Source: Perkinsus olseni
Taxonomy: Eukaryota
Direction: 5' to 3'
Assembly (NCBI GenBank): GCA_013115125.1
Contig: JABANN010000357.1
Coordinates: 1-35,842 of the forward strand
DNA length: 35,842 nt
The notes beneath the pieces were generated by a model. That model ran no database searches and was not told where the DNA came from. It saw nothing but the letters and a program-made list of their open reading frames with translations. Numbering within the stretch: the stretch's first letter is position 1; the number at the start of each line of letters is the position of its first letter. Both the position numbers and the translations under genes were made by a program. Shown piece after piece: positions 30,107 to 35,842 of the stretch.

Positions 30107-33100
30107 CTCTACCGAAGCGGATGTCAAGAGCGTCCAAGGACAGTATAAGGCATGCAACTCGAAGGCACACAGCGTCCGGGCGCACGTAGTGAGCCAACTC
30201 CAGAGACGATGAGGGTAGAAGCGATCTTCTGTTTGGCTGGTAAAGGTTGATAAACGTTTCACTTGTAATGGTATAATCTACCATTTCAGACGTGTGTTAT
30301 TCCGTGTCCACTCAAAAAAACTCCAGAGACGATGGGAAGGAAGCACGAATATTTTCTTGCCAACGGAACAAATGCCCTAATACTGGTCACCTGTCCGATC
30401 TCAGCGTGCATGCGTGCGGGTCCTGCACTTCCCACACGATAGCGCATAGTATGCGCCGCATACAGCGATCGTATAACCCATATGAAAAGGCACACGATGG
30501 ATCCAGATGAAAATCGTTTCGCGTTACTCAGAGACTCCGCCTTTCATAAATGCACAAATTAAATGGCTCCCTCTCGCCAAAGCGTATGAAACTCCACCCC
30601 GGGGGACGCATGACAGTTTCCCATAAGCCCCTACCCCTCCCGCCGTTATCGGCATCATGCCGCCCACAGCTATGGGAACATCCATCCCCTCTCCAGCAGC
30701 TATCGTCTGCGCCAGTCTTGGCGTCACTGAAAACCATTCAGCGCTCACTTGCGAGCTGCAAAATAGTGGCAGGCGGTACGCGGACAGAATTGCTTCTTGA
30801 GAATTGATGAAAAAATTTTCATCTACTCTCGTGTAATCTTGCAAGTCGTCACTCCCGGCAATCGCTCCACTAACTTCTTCAACATTTTACGCTCATTCAG
30901 TATCTTCGCTCAGTCCTCACGCGAGAGTATGAGCTCTGGTAAAATGACGAGCCCAGGGACCAGAACATTCTAAGGACCCATCAATGGGGCCATCACGAAG
31001 CCTCAGACGCCTCCTACTCTATTGCATTTCCTCAGCGCACTGGTAATCACCTTCCCGACGTAATGACCGACCTTCTTCCGGCGACCATAACTGAGTCGAT
31101 GCAGGCTGCATTTGGTTTAGCAAAGTTCTACTCCCTCTCGGCGTCAACTTGCCCCCTGGGGTCAGCTGCCCTACCATACTCGTGTCCTTCGCATGCTGGT
31201 ACTCCTCTGTGTTGAGGCAGGTGAAACTGAGAACAGCAAGAGACTCTTGGGCTTCAGGGAACGAATTAGTCGAATGATGGGGGCCGAGTCATTCCGAATG
31301 ATACACTGGATGCCAAATCATACTAATATTATCCATACAGTACTGAGAAGTAGCACTACTACTATTCCCTCAACCACGAGTACCACAACTTTCGCTACTC
31401 CTACCACTACTTTTCATGAACGACCCGAACGGCGGCGAGCAATCCGCGATGAGTGAGAATCGACCTGTCATATTACAGCAAGGTCGCTAGAAACTCCGAT
31501 AGGGTGTCCTCGAGGATGCCCTCGTCGATACAAATCTTTCCGGAGTCCTGCCTTAGTGAACGGTGACGATCAACAGAGGACTCGGTGGCGGCGAGGACGC
31601 CGGGTCCCTGAACCTACGAAAAGTTCTTGTCAGGAACACACATACACGGAATAGAGCTGACGACCTTCAAATTCTCAGTCACCGGATCATCCGGTCCGGA
31701 TGCTCAGCCACAACGAAGTGGTGGTGAAACCAACCTCAAGAACTACCACTGCTTCCCGTGCAACGGCGAGCTTCCAGTCCCCTCGAGAACAACAAATTCG
31801 GGAAGCCTCAACGGGATTGGCTCCTGTGAAACTCCTGGCTTCCCTCCTAGTAACCTTGTCGCTGTCTTTCCAAAGTATTAAGAGTAGAGACCAGTGAACA
31901 GTAATATTAGTACACTGGAGCAACAATGGTGACCATTGTTAAGCTCCCAGCTCAACAATAGACTGTTCCGTTAATGAAGACATAAGTCACCCGACGCCGA
32001 GAGTTTTCCACACACGGCCCGAAAGCTCGCTGATTTCGGAGAAAAACTATGTCCTGGGCGAAGAACTAGGCGTATACTGGCAGTCGTCTGGGTGATACCA
32101 AAAAGTAGGGTTATATATTGTACTCAAAGAATACGATAGAGACTATGTTGTACTTTCTGGGACTTGTACTCTCTCATCCCTCTGGCGGTTGTAATTTGTG
32201 AATACCAAAAAAAGCCAATCAGTTCACCACCGAAACTATTGCCACATCCCCCTCGTGTCAATTACCTTCTCTTCATTCTCCAGAGGACCCACATCATCAC
32301 TGCGTAGCTGCTCCGTTAAACCGTTCCGTGTCACTTGTCTTTGCACCAGATCCGCGTCGTGCTCTTCTATCGCTTTCACCAATTTCTTTATACAGCCGAC
32401 GCAGAAGGAATGTATTTGATTCTCGGTGCCCTCGACACAGAGGAGGAGGAGCTCATCAGTCACCCCGCCACCAAAGACATCCCAGCAAAGCTCTTGCAGG
32501 CGGCTGCTCATCTGACGAGACCGCCGATGGAGCACTCGATTGAGAATATCATCTCCAACTCCACCTGAGGGACGGAACACTCGTCGCGATGGCCGAGAGA
32601 ATAATGACCTTATAATTTCTCAAGGGAATTCTACACACTTCGGAGGTGATCAGAAACTCCACTATGCCTCTCGAAATAATTCCGGCGCCTGGTAGACGAG
32701 ATACGCACGCAAACCGACGAAGTACAATCTGAACGTCGTACGCGTACGCCTCTAAGACCTAGTGGAATGATCCAAAAGCTGTTACAGCGAGAAAAGTTCG
32801 GATTCCCGCGAGCGAATTACTACTTTGAAGGAGAAGGAGAAGTTATATGACCTAAAAGACGATTGAAGGCTTCGACCGTTGTTGAAGGTTTCGACTTTCT
32901 CAACTTTACTGGTGCCCCCACGAAGGAATTTCCCGCACTTGGAACCTTGGAAACTTCGAGAAAGATACTCTTATGTTTCCAGCGCAAAGAGCGATTCACC
33001 GCCCCCCCGATCCCTAGTCGTACTGTGTTCGTGAGATCCTCGACGGCGATTGGTGAGAATTGATAAGTTCCTTTGATGGTGGTCAGAAGACGCTTGGCTC

Positions 33101-34199
33101 TGAGCGAAAGAGAGAGACGATTCTTATACTATCACACACGCAGGCAGAGCCACTCATTTCCGCGAACCATCCCATCGCCTATGTGCCTGGCCAAATGGGC
33201 CTGCGTCACCTAAGGTTGCTTTTCTCCTAACGAGCTGAGATTTGACACTCATTCAAAACTCCTCAGCGTCGGCATTCACGATACCTATTTCGCCACCTAG
33301 CGGTTGTTATTGTTATTATTCTCGGCTTGACAGAGAGGGGGGTCTATCGAACGGCTGTTCTACGAGATAATACGGGAGCCCAAGATCATTCCCGAAATTC
33401 ATTTCCTGCGCAAAAAGCGAGCTTAGAATGGACCATGATTGTGAAATTAGTTCAACCAAGATCGCAGGAGCATTTGAGTCCACCCAGTTGCACACTAGAC
33501 CTCTACTGAGTTTCCGGCATTGCTTCAGGGGGTTAACCCAGTCCTCGAAGCAACTTTAATACTCAGGTAAGATCTAATGAGTACCATCTATCACTCTAGA
33601 TAGATGTTGTTGATGTAGATACACCTAGATAGATGTAGAAGGGCTTGTTTAAAACCTCCAAGGCCACTGTACCCTCATTAACCACTGTACAGCGGAGGGT
33701 GATCAAGTAAGTACTTTACAGTGCTACCCTTCGAGGGGATATGCTTACACCAATGCTCGCTCAACCCGGATTCTACCAACTGTTTTGTTCCCCTGCGAAC
33801 GAGGAAGATTCGTTCCGAGGCGAACAAGTTCGAAGTTACGAAGGTGTAATAATAACCCCTCCCGCGGTTACTGTTTCCATTACCTTTGCCACTGAGCCCC
33901 TCCCCGAGCCGCTTCCTCTCCTCGAGCTTTTCCCCTCTTCCGAGCTAAGAGTATGTCTTCTGCATTGAACTGATGGTAGCGTTAGGACAGTCGAGGTTTC
34001 CACTTGTGGTGGAATAGACATTAATAATCAACTACAGCGACTTCTCTGAACGATGCCATTGACAAGTCCAAGTCTTGAACTTCAAGACCCAGAGAAAATC
34101 CCGCCGGGAGAGTTTGGAACTCAGAAATGTTCAAATTGCGAGGTTCCAGCTCACCAGCATGCACGTGAAACAGTTATGTTTTAACTCAACTCAGGCATT

Positions 34200-34720
34200 A
34201 CTGCCGGATATTACAACCTCAGAGCTTATCGCCGTTACATACTGTACGATACGGTCAAGTGGGCCGTGGGTAGGCATGTGAAAAGCTTCATTTTACAACG
34301 CAAGGGAGCAACAAGAGCCGTACGCAACATCTCCTCGGTGGGGTGGAAAAGCATGGTGAGTAGCCAAACTCTTCCATCCGCACAAATCTATACTAGGTTT
34401 CAACTTGAAACTTTCAAGTATGAAGCGCAGAGTTCAATGCAAGGGTGCTAAGATGGAATCTGGTCCTATTTCGGGCGAGCGCTACTACGTACAAGAATGC
34501 TGCAATTTGCAACATGTATCGAAACTTGGAATCTTGCTAGTGGCACGCATGCCATAAAGAGTAGGAGAAGTCTCAATGTTAGGCTTAGAGTCTGAACTGC
34601 AAAAGTCTTTGGAGCTGTAAGTGTGAAGAAGTTCCTTGCAGTTCCTTAAAAAAACCACTGAGAATCTCAGTCTGAGATCTAATACTATGCGCGTCGTACA
34701 TTGTACTATGGCTGCGTTCA
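34200..34720 (-). mobile_element. Possible highly decayed hAT transposase C-terminal fragment
   Basis: LDLRLRFS, then LFHPTEEMLRTALVAP and, after a frameshift, SFS...T*PYRTV..DKL, resembling the hAT dimerisation motif FPxxxxLLxxxLTxP...ERSFS...LRSTM..RL. Confidence 0.35.
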
Positions 34721-35099
34721 CTATGAGGGACCCAACTTGAAGTCAGTGTTGGCGCCAACTTGAAACTTTCAAATTGAGACTTAGTCAACAGTAAGGTGGA
34801 AACTGTTGAGTCGCTCTCAGGGCCTGAGACTGAGGCTGAGAGCCTTAGCCGGTGCCGCGGAACTCCTTACCGCCATGTGGTGACAATAACACGACACTAA
34901 GATCTCCACGAGTTACTCGGAATGACTCTAATCAAGTTTCTGTAGCGGCCGGCTACTAGCGGGCGATCTTGAAAGACGTTCTACCACTAGGCCTCATCAG
35001 GGCGGCCCCGAGACTCATACAACACAACAATCAAAGACAGAGGATACATAATCAACAGCCGTCATGCGGATCGTGAATTACATCTTCATTCTTCGACCT

Positions 35100-35698
35100 T
35101 TAACCTTCTTGCGGTACCTGAGGAGGAATATCAAGTAAAACAAAACCATCACCAAGAGCATTTAAAACGATTTCTTCCTCAGCCTTGTCCACCCTCCAAA
35201 TGGTCATGTCCTCCTTCCCGTCTTCGACCGCCAGCGTCAGATCACTAACCTTAGAAGAAGAAGCAGGAATGTCCACCAACTCCTGCACAAAGCTAGACGA
35301 GTCTAAATCCGAATAGACTAACCACCTCCCATCGGCCATACCTTCTCTGTGGGTGGCCAACCCAGACTTACCTCTACCACCAACCCGCCTAGGCTCCCGA
35401 CCGCCGTGCTTTTGGCACAGTTGCCGGGGGCCTGGGCGGGCAGCGGTGGTGCAGCCCTCCACAGTGCATCTCCTCCCTCCGCCGTGGGCCTTGCAAAGAT
35501 CGCTGCTGCCCACGGCGCTCTTCGTGCAGTTTGGAAACTTGCACCGACGACCACCTCCGTGGCCAATGCAGTGCGAGCTTCCGTCGCGAGCCTGAAGAAC
35601 GAGAACAGTTTATGGTACGAACCTGAGTCGCAGTTGCTTACCTGCTTTAGGCACCCATGAAATAGGATGCGTTGTGTCGTGTGTTGCATCAGTCCCAT
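35100..35698 (-). CDS. HGGG-repeat Zn-finger protein (WRKY19-like C-x4-C...C-x2-H repeats), spliced; 5' end uncertain
   Basis: GCLKQ|ARDGSSHCIGHGGGRRCKFPNCTKSAVGSSDLCKAHGGGRRCTVEGCTTAARPGPRQLCQKHGG, with a GTAAGC...TTCAG intron. Confidence 0.8.
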
Positions 35699-35842
35699 AT
35701 CTTAGCTCCGAGCTATGCTCAGCTATAGCACCATTCATAGTTGTAAATACTCATACTACTTATACTTCCGTAACTCCCCTTTGTTACGAAGTCTCTAAGT
35801 GCTAACTGGTTGTAGTGTTGGTTATCTTACATTTTGGTGCCC

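Noticed and set aside
31193-31897. Thr-rich mucin-like or GPI-anchored protein
   Set aside because: Only short disconnected low-complexity ORFs; no consistent exon chain found.
32236-32580. 114-aa minus-strand ORF
   Set aside because: No ATG start or recognisable motif; cannot be supported as a gene.

Overview
Eukaryotic genomic DNA, most likely Perkinsus or a related perkinsozoan. This is inferred from short GT-AG introns and an exact 21/22-nt match to the Perkinsus/dinoflagellate spliced leader (SL). Bases 1-6049 are the 3' part of an LTR retrotransposon: gag open from the window edge, a -1 slippery site, PR-RT-RH-IN pol, PPT and a ~250-bp 3' LTR. The most striking observation is that the LTR itself contains the SL exon (5939-5960), followed by a GT donor, a 35-nt intron-like segment ending in a pyrimidine-rich AG, and an ATG. 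The element's right flank is homologous to the sequence just 5' of a tRNA-Phe gene elsewhere in the window, which suggests insertion at a tRNA start. The rest holds host genes: ADF/cofilin, a TTLL-family ligase, a secreted hypothetical protein, an LRR protein with an antisense tRNA-Lys in one intron, a membrane class III cyclase and an HGGG-repeat Zn-finger protein. There is also tRNA-Phe, an aspartic protease pseudogene, a decayed LRR/tRNA duplicate, transposase remnants, and an apparent excess of short palindromes with 1-nt centres. Exon boundaries were read by eye and no database searches were run.
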